From: an uncultured Actibacterium sp.
GTDB taxonomy: Bacteria > Pseudomonadota > Alphaproteobacteria > Rhodobacterales > Rhodobacteraceae
NCBI GenBank assembly: GCA_964346965.1
Contig: CAYFXM010000001.1
Location: 1 to 48,888, forward strand
Direction: 5' to 3'
Length of the DNA stretch: 48,888 nt
Part shown: piece after piece, positions 30,267-39,648 of the stretch
How positions within the stretch are numbered: position 1 is the stretch's first letter
Layout: the number at the start of each line of letters is the position of its first letter
Program-made: the position numbers and the translations under genes
Notes under the pieces: generated by a model
What the model was told of the DNA's origin: nothing
Seen by the model: only the letters and a program-made list of their open reading frames with translations
Database searches by the model: none

Positions 30267-32617
30267 AGAACCACCAACACCGAACCGGCGCCGGTGACGA
30301 CGCAATTGTATACGTGTGCCCAATGCATCCGGATGTGCGCCAGAATGGGCCAGGTGATTGCTCCAAATGCGGCATGCACCTGGTGTCCGAGACCGGGGCT
30401 GGTGAGCACGCACATCACGACCACCACGCGCATGAGCATCACAGCCACGCGACCGAGGACGAAAAAAAATACGACATCGTTCCCACCGGGTATTCCGGCC
30501 CGGTCTACACTTGCCCGATGCACGCCGACGTGCGGCAGACTCATCCCGGCTCCTGCCCGATCTGCGGTATGGGGCTGGAACTGGAGAGCGCGGCGATGAT
30601 GGAAGACGGGCCGAACCCAGAACTCGTTGACTTTACCAAACGGTTTGGGATCGGTGCCGTCCTGACTGTCCCACTTCTAATTCTGACGATGGGTCCATTC
30701 GTTGGCTTTCCCGGGGTCCGTGAAATATTCGGCGAGAGAACGACGCTGTGGATTGAGCTCGTGCTGGGCACCCCAGTTGTCTGGTGGTGCGGCTGGCCCT
30801 TTATGGTTCGAGGTTGGAACTCGTTTCGGACTTGGAACCTCAACATGTTCTCGCTGATCTCGATGGGGGTTCTTGCCGCTTGGTTATTCAGCGTGATCGC
30901 AGTCCTGATGCCGGACATCTTCCCTGACGGATTCCGCGATGCCGAAGGCCATGTCGGTGTTTATTTCGAGGCTGCGGCGGTTATCGTGACATTGGTCCTG
31001 CTCGGGCAAGTGATGGAGCTGCGCGCGCGCGAAGGCACGGGCAAGGCGATCCGCGCGCTTCTGAGCCTTGCCGCCAAGACCGCTCGTGTCATTCGTGATG
31101 ATGGGCACGAAGAGGAAATCCCGTTGGAGGATGTGCAGGTAGGCGACCGGCTGAGGGTACGCCCCGGAGACAAAGTTCCGGTTGACGGTATGGTGATCGA
31201 CGGCCGGTCGTCGGTTGATGAAAGCATGATTACGGGCGAGCCGATCCCCGTGGAAAAGGTGGCGGGCGAAAACGTCACCGGGGCTACGATCAACGGCACC
31301 GGTTCGCTGGTAATCGAGGCCACGCGGGTGGGCGCTGACACAATGCTGAGCCAGATCGTGGAAATGGTCGCCAATGCTCAGCGCAGCCGCGCGCCGATCC
31401 AGAAATATGCCGACCAGGTCGCGGGCTACTTCGTGCCTGCGGTCATTGGCATTGCGATCCTGGCCTTCATCGGTTGGGCATTCTGGGGGCCCGACCCCGC
31501 TCTCTCCTATGCGCTTATAGCGGCGGTGGCCGTCCTGATCATCGCCTGCCCCTGCGCCCTCGGTCTTGCCACGCCCATGTCGATCATGACAGCCACGGGA
31601 CGCGGGGCGCAGGCGGGCGTGTTGATTAAGAATGCCGAGGCGCTGGAGCGGTTCGAAAAGGTTGACACGCTGATCGTCGACAAGACGGGCACGCTGACCA
31701 TGGGCAAACCAAAGCTGGTGGCGGTGCTGCCCGAGGAAGGGCATGATGAGGCCGAAGTGCTGAGCTTGGCCGCGACCTTGGAAAAGGGCTCTGAACATCC
31801 GTTGGCCGAAGCCATCGTAGCTGGGGCCCAGGAACGCGGCATCACGATGGGTGATGCTTCGGCGTTCGAAGCCGTTACCGGAAAAGGGGTGAAGGGAATT
31901 GTGGACGGCATGGCCGTCGCGCTCGGAAACCGTAAGCTGGTCGAGGATCTAGGGCTGAAGGCAGACCATCTTGTCAGCACCGCCAACACTCGCCGAGACG
32001 AGGGCGAGACAGTCATGTTCGTTGTCCTTGAGGGAAAAGTAGTAGGCCTTGTCTGCGTCTCCGATCCCGTCAAGGAAACCACGCCTGCCGCCCTAAAGGC
32101 TCTGCACGAACTTGGCTTTCGTATCATCATGGCAACGGGCGACAACGAACGCACCGCCAAAGCGGTCGCCGCGCGCCTCGGCATCGACGAGATCCGTGCC
32201 GATGTCCTGCCCGCAGACAAAGCAACTATCATCAAAGAACTGCAGGACGAAGGCGCAAAGGTGGCCATGGCCGGTGATGGCGTCAACGATGCCCCTGCTC
32301 TGGCCCAAGCCGATGTCGGGATCGCAATGGGAACCGGCGCCGACGTCGCCATCGAGAGCGCAGGGATTACTTTGGTAAAGGGCAATCTCGATGGGATCGT
32401 GCGGGCTCGGCGGCTTGCCCGCGCTACCATGCGCAATATCCGTCAAAACCTGTTCTTTGCACTGATCTACAACGCGAGCGGCGTGCCTGTGGCCGCTGGC
32501 CTGCTTTTCCCGCTGTTCGGCATCCTGATCAGCCCGATGTTCGCGGCCTTCGCCATGAGCGCGTCATCTATCTCAGTAGTAGCGAATTCGCTGCGGCTGC
32601 GCAGCGCAAAAATCTAA
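30263..32617 (+). CDS. copA: Cu(I)-translocating P1B-1 ATPase
   Basis: Two YxCPMH..CxxCGM domains and a His-rich linker; [35 protein letters not shown]. Confidence 0.95.
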   Translation: MKNHQHRTGAGDDAIVYVCPMHPDVRQNGPGDCSKCGMHLVSETGAGEHAHHDHHAHEHHSHATEDEKKYDIVPTGYSGPVYTCPMHADVRQTHPGSCPICGMGLELESAAMMEDGPNPELVDFTKRFGIGAVLTVPLLILTMGPFVGFPGVREIFGERTTLWIELVLGTPVVWWCGWPFMVRGWNSFRTWNLNMFSLISMGVLAAWLFSVIAVLMPDIFPDGFRDAEGHVGVYFEAAAVIVTLVLLGQVMELRAREGTGKAIRALLSLAAKTARVIRDDGHEEEIPLEDVQVGDRLRVRPGDKVPVDGMVIDGRSSVDESMITGEPIPVEKVAGENVTGATINGTGSLVIEATRVGADTMLSQIVEMVANAQRSRAPIQKYADQVAGYFVPAVIGIAILAFIGWAFWGPDPALSYALIAAVAVLIIACPCALGLATPMSIMTATGRGAQAGVLIKNAEALERFEKVDTLIVDKTGTLTMGKPKLVAVLPEEGHDEAEVLSLAATLEKGSEHPLAEAIVAGAQERGITMGDASAFEAVTGKGVKGIVDGMAVALGNRKLVEDLGLKADHLVSTANTRRDEGETVMFVVLEGKVVGLVCVSDPVKETTPAALKALHELGFRIIMATGDNERTAKAVAARLGIDEIRADVLPADKATIIKELQDEGAKVAMAGDGVNDAPALAQADVGIAMGTGADVAIESAGITLVKGNLDGIVRARRLARATMRNIRQNLFFALIYNASGVPVAAGLLFPLFGILISPMFAAFAMSASSISVVANSLRLRSAKI

Positions 32618-32632
32618 ATGAGGAAGGATCAA

Positions 32633-32884
32633 ATGCAACAACAAGCACCGCTCGACAAACAGAAAAATTCGAACGAAGACACGAGGCCCCCGTCGTTCTG
32701 GCGATCTCGAGCTGGATTCTATCTCATCGTCGCTCTTGTTCTAGCGGGTCTGTTGTTGGGATACGAGCACCGGGTCCACATTTATGAAAGCGACTTGCTC
32801 CTTTGGCTGCCGCTCCTGATTTGCGTCGGGATGCATTTTTTCCTGCACGGAGGACATGGCGGTGGTGGAGGTAAGTCATCATGA
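32633..32884 (+). CDS. DUF2933 small membrane protein
   Basis: YEHRVH..PLLICVGMHFFLHGGHGG. Confidence 0.8.
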   Translation: MQQQAPLDKQKNSNEDTRPPSFWRSRAGFYLIVALVLAGLLLGYEHRVHIYESDLLLWLPLLICVGMHFFLHGGHGGGGGKSS

Positions 32885-33606
32885 CTGATCCTGGATCGTC
32901 CTACGGGCTTTGGCTCTTGGTCTTCATCAATTCTGCCGTTTTCATCGTCTTCACCTTCAGCTTCTTCAAGCCGCAGACGTCGCGCGACTGGCGCAGCTTC
33001 GGCGCCTTCAGCTCCTTCATCGTGGCGCTCTTCGCCGAAATGTACGGCTTTCCGCTGACAATCTTTTTTCTTTCGGGGTGGCTGCAATCGAATTGGCCCG
33101 AAATCGACTGGTTTGCGCATGATAGTGGGCATTTGCCCGAAATGATTCTCGGCTGGAGATCAAACCCTCATTTCGGGCCCTTCCATCTACTAAGCTTCGC
33201 ATCGATTGGTGCAGGATTCTGGTTGATGTCTGTTGCTTGGCACCATCTTTGGGCCGCACAACGGCGCGGGCGACTCGCCATGACCGGTCCTTATTCGCGG
33301 ATCCGGCATCCGCAATATGTCGGCTTCGTGCTGATTATGGCGGGCTTTCTGGTGCAATGGCCAACGCTGCTCACGCTTGCCATGTTTCCAGTGCTGGTCT
33401 GGATGTACGTAAGACTCGCAAAAGCGGAAGAGGCAGACAGCGCCTCGCGGTTTGGAGACGAATGGGCCTCATATGCGGCGCTAGTTCCCGCGTTCTTCCC
33501 TAGAAAAAGGCGCGGCGGCGTGAATCTACGAACTACAGACGGACCCCGCCCGACAACAAGATCGAGTCACCCACCAAATGTCACACGGCAGGACAATTTA
33601 CGGTGA
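32881..33606 (+). CDS. isoprenylcysteine carboxyl methyltransferase/PEMT-family membrane protein
   Basis: ALFAEMYGFPLT; TGPYSRIRHPQYVG; EE..FGDEW..Y..VPAFFP. Confidence 0.88.
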   Translation: MTDPGSSYGLWLLVFINSAVFIVFTFSFFKPQTSRDWRSFGAFSSFIVALFAEMYGFPLTIFFLSGWLQSNWPEIDWFAHDSGHLPEMILGWRSNPHFGPFHLLSFASIGAGFWLMSVAWHHLWAAQRRGRLAMTGPYSRIRHPQYVGFVLIMAGFLVQWPTLLTLAMFPVLVWMYVRLAKAEEADSASRFGDEWASYAALVPAFFPRKRRGGVNLRTTDGPRPTTRSSHPPNVTRQDNLR

Positions 33607-34340
33607 TTTCGCAGTCAACATTAGCCAGGCATGTCGTGGTTCTCGTGATCGCACTACTTCTAGGCGCCCTATTTTTGATGTCTCGCTCGCAATGGTCCGA
33701 GATGCACCGCTACAACCGGGCCGTCGGGGACGTCTCGCTAGTTTTCATTGCCCTAGCAATGGCAATTGGTCCCATTGCGAGATTGACCAATTGGAGATGG
33801 ATTCGCAGCCTCCTTGTTTATCGGCGAGAACTTGGGATCTGGGCCGTGGTCGCGGCCTTGATTCATACGGTGATCATTTTATTCGGGTGGGTGGAACTGG
33901 ATCTGTGGCGATTGTTCGGGTTCGAGTTCCACCCGGGCCTGCAGCGATACGTCATGGTTCGTCATGGGTTTGCACTTGGCAACGCCCTCGGCATCGTCGC
34001 GCTTTTATACGGGTTCGTCTTGGCGGGCACCTCTAACGACTTTAGCCAGCGTGTATTGGGGATCAGCGTTTGGAAATTCCTTCAGCAAGGCGCCTACGTG
34101 TTGTGGTGGTTGGTTGCACTTCACACCGGCTATTTCCTTTTCGTCCACTTTCTCGATTTCCACCGCGCCATACCTGATCCGAACTGGGCACAGTGGCCCT
34201 TCGTGGGATTGGTGATGGCAGTCGTTTTCATCCAAAGCGCCGCGATAGTAGGAACTTGGCGCCGCCAGCGTGCACGAGAGAAAACCAAGGCCAACGTTAA
34301 TATTGTTCACAATAATTACAGGGAGCCAAACAATGGCTAG
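33603..34340 (+). CDS. ferric-reductase-like transmembrane protein (MsrQ-like)
   Basis: RRELGIWA..LIH, LAGTSND..WKFLQ..Y..LH heme-b membrane pattern; GTGA overlap. Confidence 0.75.
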   Translation: MISQSTLARHVVVLVIALLLGALFLMSRSQWSEMHRYNRAVGDVSLVFIALAMAIGPIARLTNWRWIRSLLVYRRELGIWAVVAALIHTVIILFGWVELDLWRLFGFEFHPGLQRYVMVRHGFALGNALGIVALLYGFVLAGTSNDFSQRVLGISVWKFLQQGAYVLWWLVALHTGYFLFVHFLDFHRAIPDPNWAQWPFVGLVMAVVFIQSAAIVGTWRRQRAREKTKANVNIVHNNYREPNNG

Positions 34341-35682
34341 CCATCCCCACATGAACCACTCGGCAGGCGGTGCAGGATCAATAACCCTGACAAGTGCGGT
34401 CGCAATGGGTACGGGTGTGATGATCGGAGCGGGGATCTTCGCCCTAACCGGCCAGATCGCCGGACTCGCAGGGCCCTGGTTTCCGTTGTCCTTCATCGCC
34501 GGGGCCATCGTGACGGCTTTCAGCGCCTACACATATATCTCAATGTCCAACCGGTGGCCCTCATCTGGCGGCATCGCGATGATCCTCACCAAGGCCTACG
34601 GCCCCGGCGCCGTGGCTGCAGCGGCATCGCTGTTAATGGCGCTTTCGATGGTTATCAACGAAAGCCTGGTGGCGCGAACCTTTGCCACCTACGCGCTACG
34701 GACATTTGATATTGAGGGTGGACCTTTGGTCCCCGTCATCGCGGTCGGTCTCACCATTTTCGCCTATTTGGTAAATGTGTCGGGCAACCGATCGGTGGGT
34801 TTCCTGTCTATCCTGATGTCGGGCCTGAAGATAGGAGGCATCGCCCTTTTCGGGATCGCGGCGCTTTGGGCAAGCCGCGGGCTGAATTTCGCCGCAGCGC
34901 CGTCGGTGGAGTTCGCACCGCTTGGCTTCGTCGGCTCAATCGCGCTGTCGATCCTTGCCTTCAAAGGGTTCACGACGATCACCAATTCAGGCGGAGAGAT
35001 CACCGACCCGCACCGGAATGTAGGTCGCACAATCATGATCTCGATCATAATTTGCGCCGTTACCTACCTGCTCGTGGCATTGGCTGTTGGGTCAAGCTTG
35101 TCCTCAGATCGGATCACATCCGCGCGCGATTATGCATTGGCCGAGGCCGCCGAGCCGGTCCTGGGTCGCATCGGCTTCTACCTGACGGTCGCCCTAGCTA
35201 TGATCGCGACCGCGTCGGGCCTAATCGCAAGTATCTTCGCGGTTTCAAGGATGCTGACCATGCTGACCGACATGAAGATGATCCCGCACAGCCATTTCGG
35301 CATGGCGGGTTCGATCCGGTCGCATATGCTTGTCTATACGGTCGTCATCGCCGGTGCTCTTGCGGTTTTGTTCGACCTGTCACGCATCGCCTCGCTCGGC
35401 GCGTTCTTCTATCTGGTAATGGACATGGCCGTACATTGGGGCGTCTGGCGCAATTTGCGCGACGAGATCGGCGCGCGAAGTTGGGTTCTGCTGACAGCCC
35501 TCACCCTTGATGCGATTGTCCTTGCCGCATTCGGTACCCTCAAGTGGCAGTCGGACCCGTTGATCGTGGCTTATGCATTTGTCGGGATCATATTGGTATT
35601 CGCCTACGAAAGAGTTTTCCTTGGCCGCTGGATTGCCGCAGTTGCCACACAACCCAACACGGAAGGGAGGCACATAAATTGA
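34333..35682 (+). CDS. APC-family amino acid permease
   Basis: GVMIGAGIFAL, PSSGG, AFKGFTTIT; about 12 TM segments. Confidence 0.9.
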   Translation: MASHPHMNHSAGGAGSITLTSAVAMGTGVMIGAGIFALTGQIAGLAGPWFPLSFIAGAIVTAFSAYTYISMSNRWPSSGGIAMILTKAYGPGAVAAAASLLMALSMVINESLVARTFATYALRTFDIEGGPLVPVIAVGLTIFAYLVNVSGNRSVGFLSILMSGLKIGGIALFGIAALWASRGLNFAAAPSVEFAPLGFVGSIALSILAFKGFTTITNSGGEITDPHRNVGRTIMISIIICAVTYLLVALAVGSSLSSDRITSARDYALAEAAEPVLGRIGFYLTVALAMIATASGLIASIFAVSRMLTMLTDMKMIPHSHFGMAGSIRSHMLVYTVVIAGALAVLFDLSRIASLGAFFYLVMDMAVHWGVWRNLRDEIGARSWVLLTALTLDAIVLAAFGTLKWQSDPLIVAYAFVGIILVFAYERVFLGRWIAAVATQPNTEGRHIN

Positions 35683-35695
35683 ACAGAGGAGGAGG

Positions 35696-36172
35696 ATGGC
35701 AAGGATATCCAGTCATATGAATGTTGATGAAGTCGATGACGGCGAGAAAAAGCGTGTCGTCTTAATTCTGGGTCTGGCGATTCTGATGACAACTGCCGCT
35801 GAGCTATTTTATCTCGTCGTTTGGGGAATGTGGCTCTTTCCGGCGGGTAGCTGGGTCGGAAAGGCTGTTTGGACACTGACCTGCGGCTTGGGCATGGGCG
35901 CGGTGATTGGCACACTGACGTTGTTGTGGGCCGAACCACGCCGATCCACAGCCGCTGCGCTGTGGATCGCTCCGATCGCGGTCGTTTCAGTCGGAAGCTA
36001 TTGCGCCTGGCTGTGCAGCATGATCGACGCTCGTTTCTCTTATTTCGGCGGCTCAGAAAACAGAGTGCTATTCATCGCTGGCGGCGTCGGTCCGGCTGCT
36101 GTTGGCGGTACCTTGTACGGCTGGTTGATTTATGGGCAGAAACACCCAAGGAAAACCAGAGATGCAGAATAA
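35696..36172 (+). CDS. hypothetical 4-TM membrane protein
   Basis: Strong GAGGAGG RBS; four hydrophobic segments. Confidence 0.7.
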   Translation: MARISSHMNVDEVDDGEKKRVVLILGLAILMTTAAELFYLVVWGMWLFPAGSWVGKAVWTLTCGLGMGAVIGTLTLLWAEPRRSTAAALWIAPIAVVSVGSYCAWLCSMIDARFSYFGGSENRVLFIAGGVGPAAVGGTLYGWLIYGQKHPRKTRDAE

Positions 36173-36790
36173 TCCAAGAGAAACTGATCACGTTTGGGCT
36201 TTCAGAACCGACCCTTCTAACCACAAAACAGATCTCTGCACCTGACCGTCATCATCAGATAATACTCAGGGGATGAGGGTAGATTGCCGCAAGCAATTCG
36301 CGACCAGTGGCGGTGCAGACGCACCGATGATCCATACAGAATCCATGACTATTCTGGGCACACCAATTAGTTTGTCCAGCATGGGCTCCCCCGGAGCAGG
36401 CGAAACCGTCGACGCTTTTCTGGTCGAATCCAATAGTGCAGCGTCCGATTTTGCCTGCCACAGCTGTCGGTCCTGACGCGCGACTGACACATTTTGGAGG
36501 AAGCAGCGATTTATAACGTCTAAGTTTGGCTATCCGCCGTGCTTGCAGCTTCTTCGGTCTCAGACAACCCACACATTCATACTTATTGGAGGGAAAAGTT
36601 CGGACCGGCTACCGATACACAAGTCACTTGGGTGGAGGCTGAATGGATGTGGCTCGCGATAATTCTAAACCTGTCCAGGTCAGAACGTAGTCCTGGAGAA
36701 TAGCAGAATGTTTCACCTACATTTGTTTTGCCAAGTCTGACGCCACCGGTGAATACTGAGACGTGATTCAGCCAGAGTATTGGAAGAAAA

Positions 36791-37192
36791 ATGCACAAAA
36801 CGATCCTATCTTCCGTGAGCTTAGTTTGTTTGGCAATGAGCAGCGGTATTTCTTTCGCCGACTCTCATGGGAATAAATTCGTCCACAGTCGAACATCGGG
36901 GGGACAACTATTCATAATGTATAAGGATCATATGTCTCTTTACACTTATGAAAACGACGCGTTCGGAGTTTCCAATTGCTATGATGAGTGTGCCAAATCC
37001 TGGCCACCGGCGGTTTTAGATGCAAACACGAAGTTGGGTAAAAACTATTCGCTGATCAAGCGAACGGACGGGACATGGCAGGCTGCATTCAAGGGCCAAC
37101 CGCTCTATTTGTCGGTGCGCGACAAGAAGGTAGGAGAAACCAACGGGGACGGGGTTGGAAATGTATGGTTTCTCGCGCGTCCTGATTTTTAG
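36791..37192 (+). CDS. secreted repeat protein (COG4315 / Lipoprotein_15-like)
   Basis: Signal peptide; LYTYEND..SNCYDECAKSWPP and GQPLY..DKKVGETNGDGVGNVW repeats. Confidence 0.85.
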   Translation: MHKTILSSVSLVCLAMSSGISFADSHGNKFVHSRTSGGQLFIMYKDHMSLYTYENDAFGVSNCYDECAKSWPPAVLDANTKLGKNYSLIKRTDGTWQAAFKGQPLYLSVRDKKVGETNGDGVGNVWFLARPDF

Positions 37193-37421
37193 CAAGGTAG
37201 CAACATCGATTGTTTCCTGACGACAATTATTTTCTCGCGATGTCCCGGCTTCCTTACTTATCCTCAGGTAGGCAGGCCCGTAAGATAAGTTGCCTTGAGC
37301 GGCTAATGACACCACCTAATGATTGCGAAGGGCGTGGCGCCCCATCACTAATGGGGATTTTCTGATGACGGAATCCCAGATGCAAGAGACGGTTGTCTGA
37401 CAAATCGTTACACACTGTTTG

Positions 37422-37452
37422 TTGACATTCCCGCGCTGGAAGCCGGTACACT
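37422..37452 (+). promoter_or_regulatory. MerR/CueR-type promoter of petA
   Basis: TTGACA (37422-37427), 19-bp spacer, TACACT (37447-37452); dyad TTCC-CGCGCT-GGAA. Confidence 0.75.
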
Positions 37453-37461
37453 GTTTCTATT

Positions 37462-38019
37462 ATGGACACTATCCAGGATCCGCCGCGCAGGGATTTTCTA
37501 TATTACGCCACTGCAGGAGCCGGCGCCGTCGCAACCGGTGCGGCGCTATGGCCGCTTGTAAACCAAATGAGCCCCTCCGCTGATGTCATGGCGTTAGCGC
37601 GCATCTCCGTAGACATCTCCGATCTTGAAGCCGGCACGCAATTGACTGTCAACTGGCGCGGGAAACCAGTTTTCATCCGCTACCGAACCGAGGAAGAAAT
37701 CGCGCTAGCGCGGTCGGAAGATTTGTCGGCACTGCCGGATCCCAACGCTCGTAATCCCAACATTCCAGCTGACGAGCCCGCGGATGATCAGAATAGGACG
37801 ATCCCGGGACACGACCAGTTCCTGGTTATGATCGGGGTCTGCACCCACTTGGGCTGTGTGCCGCTCGGGGATGGCGCCGGCGATTTCGGCGGTTGGTTTT
37901 GCCCCTGTCACGGGTCGCATTACGACTCAGCCGGTCGCATTCGGAAGGGGCCAGCGCCGGAAAACCTTCATATCCCTCCGCTTGCACTTTCCAACGACAT
38001 GATTCTGACACTTGGGTGA
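37462..38019 (+). CDS. petA: Rieske iron-sulfur subunit of cytochrome bc1, stand-alone copy
   Basis: RRDFLYYAT Tat anchor; [17 protein letters not shown] and [16 protein letters not shown]. Confidence 0.95.
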   Translation: MDTIQDPPRRDFLYYATAGAGAVATGAALWPLVNQMSPSADVMALARISVDISDLEAGTQLTVNWRGKPVFIRYRTEEEIALARSEDLSALPDPNARNPNIPADEPADDQNRTIPGHDQFLVMIGVCTHLGCVPLGDGAGDFGGWFCPCHGSHYDSAGRIRKGPAPENLHIPPLALSNDMILTLG

Positions 38020-38020
38020 G

Positions 38021-38050
38021 CCGCATCTCGAGCGGAAAAATAAGATGCGG
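38021..38050 (+). terminator. hairpin directly after petA
   Basis: CCGCATCT pairs with AGATGCGG; weak U-tract. Confidence 0.35.
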
Positions 38051-38189
38051 TGAACTTTCCCGACCGAGAACATCTCTCTTGCGCAGGGTTGGTTCCAGAT
38101 TTTTCGTAAGCGTTGCTATGACCCCACCTTCCTTGTGAGTGTGTGATCTGCGATTCCGTGTTTGATGTAGTTGATTACGGATTTTCTCC

Positions 38190-38579
38190 ATGGACAGTCA
38201 TTGTGAGTTTCTCCACCCGGCGGGTGGTGGGTCTGGCCGGCAGCGCTGGCCGGAGGGTGTGAAGGCACAGATCGTGTCGGAGACGCTGGTTCCCGGCGTT
38301 CGGGTTTGCGATGTGGCGCGGGCGTATGGGGTTGCGCCGAACCGGGTTTCGGAATGGAGGACGCTGGCTAAGGAGGGCAAGCTGGTGTTGCCTGTGTTGC
38401 CTGAGCCTGCGGCCGCGCCCGGGCCTGCGTTCGCGCCAATGGTTATCGAAAGGTTAACGGAGTGTGCGCAGGCAACTGGCGATGGCGCGACACTGGATAT
38501 CATTCGGGGTGAGGTGGTTATCCGGTTGGGTGCGAGCACACCCGCTACGCGCATTGCCGAGATTGTTTCGGCGCTATGA
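38190..38579 (+). CDS. tnpA: IS66 accessory protein TnpA
   Basis: RWPEGVKAQIVSET..VCDVARAYGV..WR HTH. Confidence 0.88.
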   Translation: MDSHCEFLHPAGGGSGRQRWPEGVKAQIVSETLVPGVRVCDVARAYGVAPNRVSEWRTLAKEGKLVLPVLPEPAAAPGPAFAPMVIERLTECAQATGDGATLDIIRGEVVIRLGASTPATRIAEIVSAL

Positions 38580-38929
38580 TCCATCCGGGCCCCGGGGTGA
38601 GGATTTACGTGGCAACAAAGCCGGTGGACTTCCGCAAAGGCCATGATGGGCTGGCGGCGCTGGTGCAGTCGCATCTGCAGCACAAGCCGTTTGATGGCGC
38701 TGTTTACGTGTTCAGGGCCAAGCGGGCGGATCGGCTCAAGCTGATCTACTGGGACGGCAGCGGGCTCGTGATGGCCTACAAGCGGCTGGAAGATAACAGC
38801 TTCAAATGGCCTGCGATCAAGAACGGGGTGATGCGTCTGGAGCCCGCCCAGTTTGAGGCGCTGTTCGCAGGTTTGGATTGGCGACGCGTGCAGCCCTTGG
38901 AGGTGACAGCACCTTCTGCGGCGGAATGA
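38576..38929 (+). CDS. tnpB: IS66 accessory protein TnpB
   Basis: PVDFRKGHDGL, VFRAKRADRLKLIYWDGSG, KRLE..FKWP. Confidence 0.93.
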   Translation: MIHPGPGVRIYVATKPVDFRKGHDGLAALVQSHLQHKPFDGAVYVFRAKRADRLKLIYWDGSGLVMAYKRLEDNSFKWPAIKNGVMRLEPAQFEALFAGLDWRRVQPLEVTAPSAAE

Positions 38930-38983
38930 CTCACGGTGGCGTTTGCGCGGGTCATTCTGCCCTTGTTTTGTTATGTATAGGGC

Positions 38984-39507
38984 ATGACCACACCTGATGA
39001 ATTGCCCAACGACATTGCCGAATTGAAGGCGATCATCCGCACGCAGCAGGATCAGAATGCGCGGCTCGAGGCTCTGGTCGCCTCCTTCAAGAAGGCGCTT
39101 TTCGGGGCCAAATCCGAGAAGATCGATCCGGCCCAATATGAGTTGGAACTCGAAGATATCGAGACGGCCATCGCGCAGGTAGAAGCAGAGATTGATGCGG
39201 ACGAACGCACCGCACCCGTGCGGCCACCAAAGCCGCGCCAAACCAATCGTGGATCATTGCCCAAACATCTGGAACGGGTGGAAGTGGTCATCGAACCTGA
39301 CGTCTCCTGCGCCTGCGGAGCCGAGCGTCATGTCATCGGGGAGGATGTCAGCGAACGGCTGGATATCATTCCGGCCCAGTTCCGGGTGATTGTCACCCGC
39401 CGCCCTAAATACGCTTGCCGGTCTTGCGAGGGCGGGATTGCCCAGGCTCCTGCACCCGCCCACATTATTGCGGGCGGCATGCCAACCGAGGCAACGCTCG
39501 CCCATGT
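38984..39507 (+). pseudogene. tnpC: IS66 transposase TnpC, 3' truncated
   Basis: FGAKSEK, LPKHLER, zinc-finger CACG..KYACRSC; homology ends at ATLAHV where the Tn3 IR starts. Confidence 0.9.
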
Positions 39508-39545
39508 GGGGTCTGATGCCGGAGAGTGCAGAATCCTACGCTAAG
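39508..39545 (+). repeat. Tn3 left inverted repeat
   Basis: GGGGTCTGATGCCGGAGAGTGCAGAATCCTACGCTAAG. Confidence 0.93.
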
Positions 39546-39645
39546 CTTCGAAACCTCGTTTTCCCCAATCGCGTAGATTGCCGTGGGGATCGACATTTCG
39601 GTAGAGTGTGGCCGGTTTGATCCCCAGTTCCTCACAGAGTTCAAA
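39541..39645 (-). pseudogene. tnpR: C-terminal HTH remnant of resolvase
   Basis: ELCEELGIKPATLYRNVDPHGNLRDWGK resembles Tn5393-type resolvase C-termini; catalytic domain absent. Confidence 0.75.
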
Positions 39646-39648
39646 AAC

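Larger units (their letters stand above)
38106..39507 (+). mobile_element. IS66-family element, left part only
   Basis: GTAAGCG left end at 38106; tnpA-tnpB-tnpC order; cut off at the Tn3 inverted repeat. Confidence 0.88.

Noticed and set aside
30884..32436. Long antisense ORFs opposite copA (304 and 309 aa)
   Set aside because: Shadow frames of a GC-rich gene with no recognisable motifs
26400..35700. Apparent higher GC than the left half
   Set aside because: Visual impression only, not computed; consistent with mosaic origin but not reported as a finding
22809..36627. TACACAAGTsAC shared by two intergenic regions
   Set aside because: Only two imperfect copies; may be chance
38198..39241. 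347-aa antisense ORF over IS66
   Set aside because: Shadow of tnpA, tnpB and tnpC
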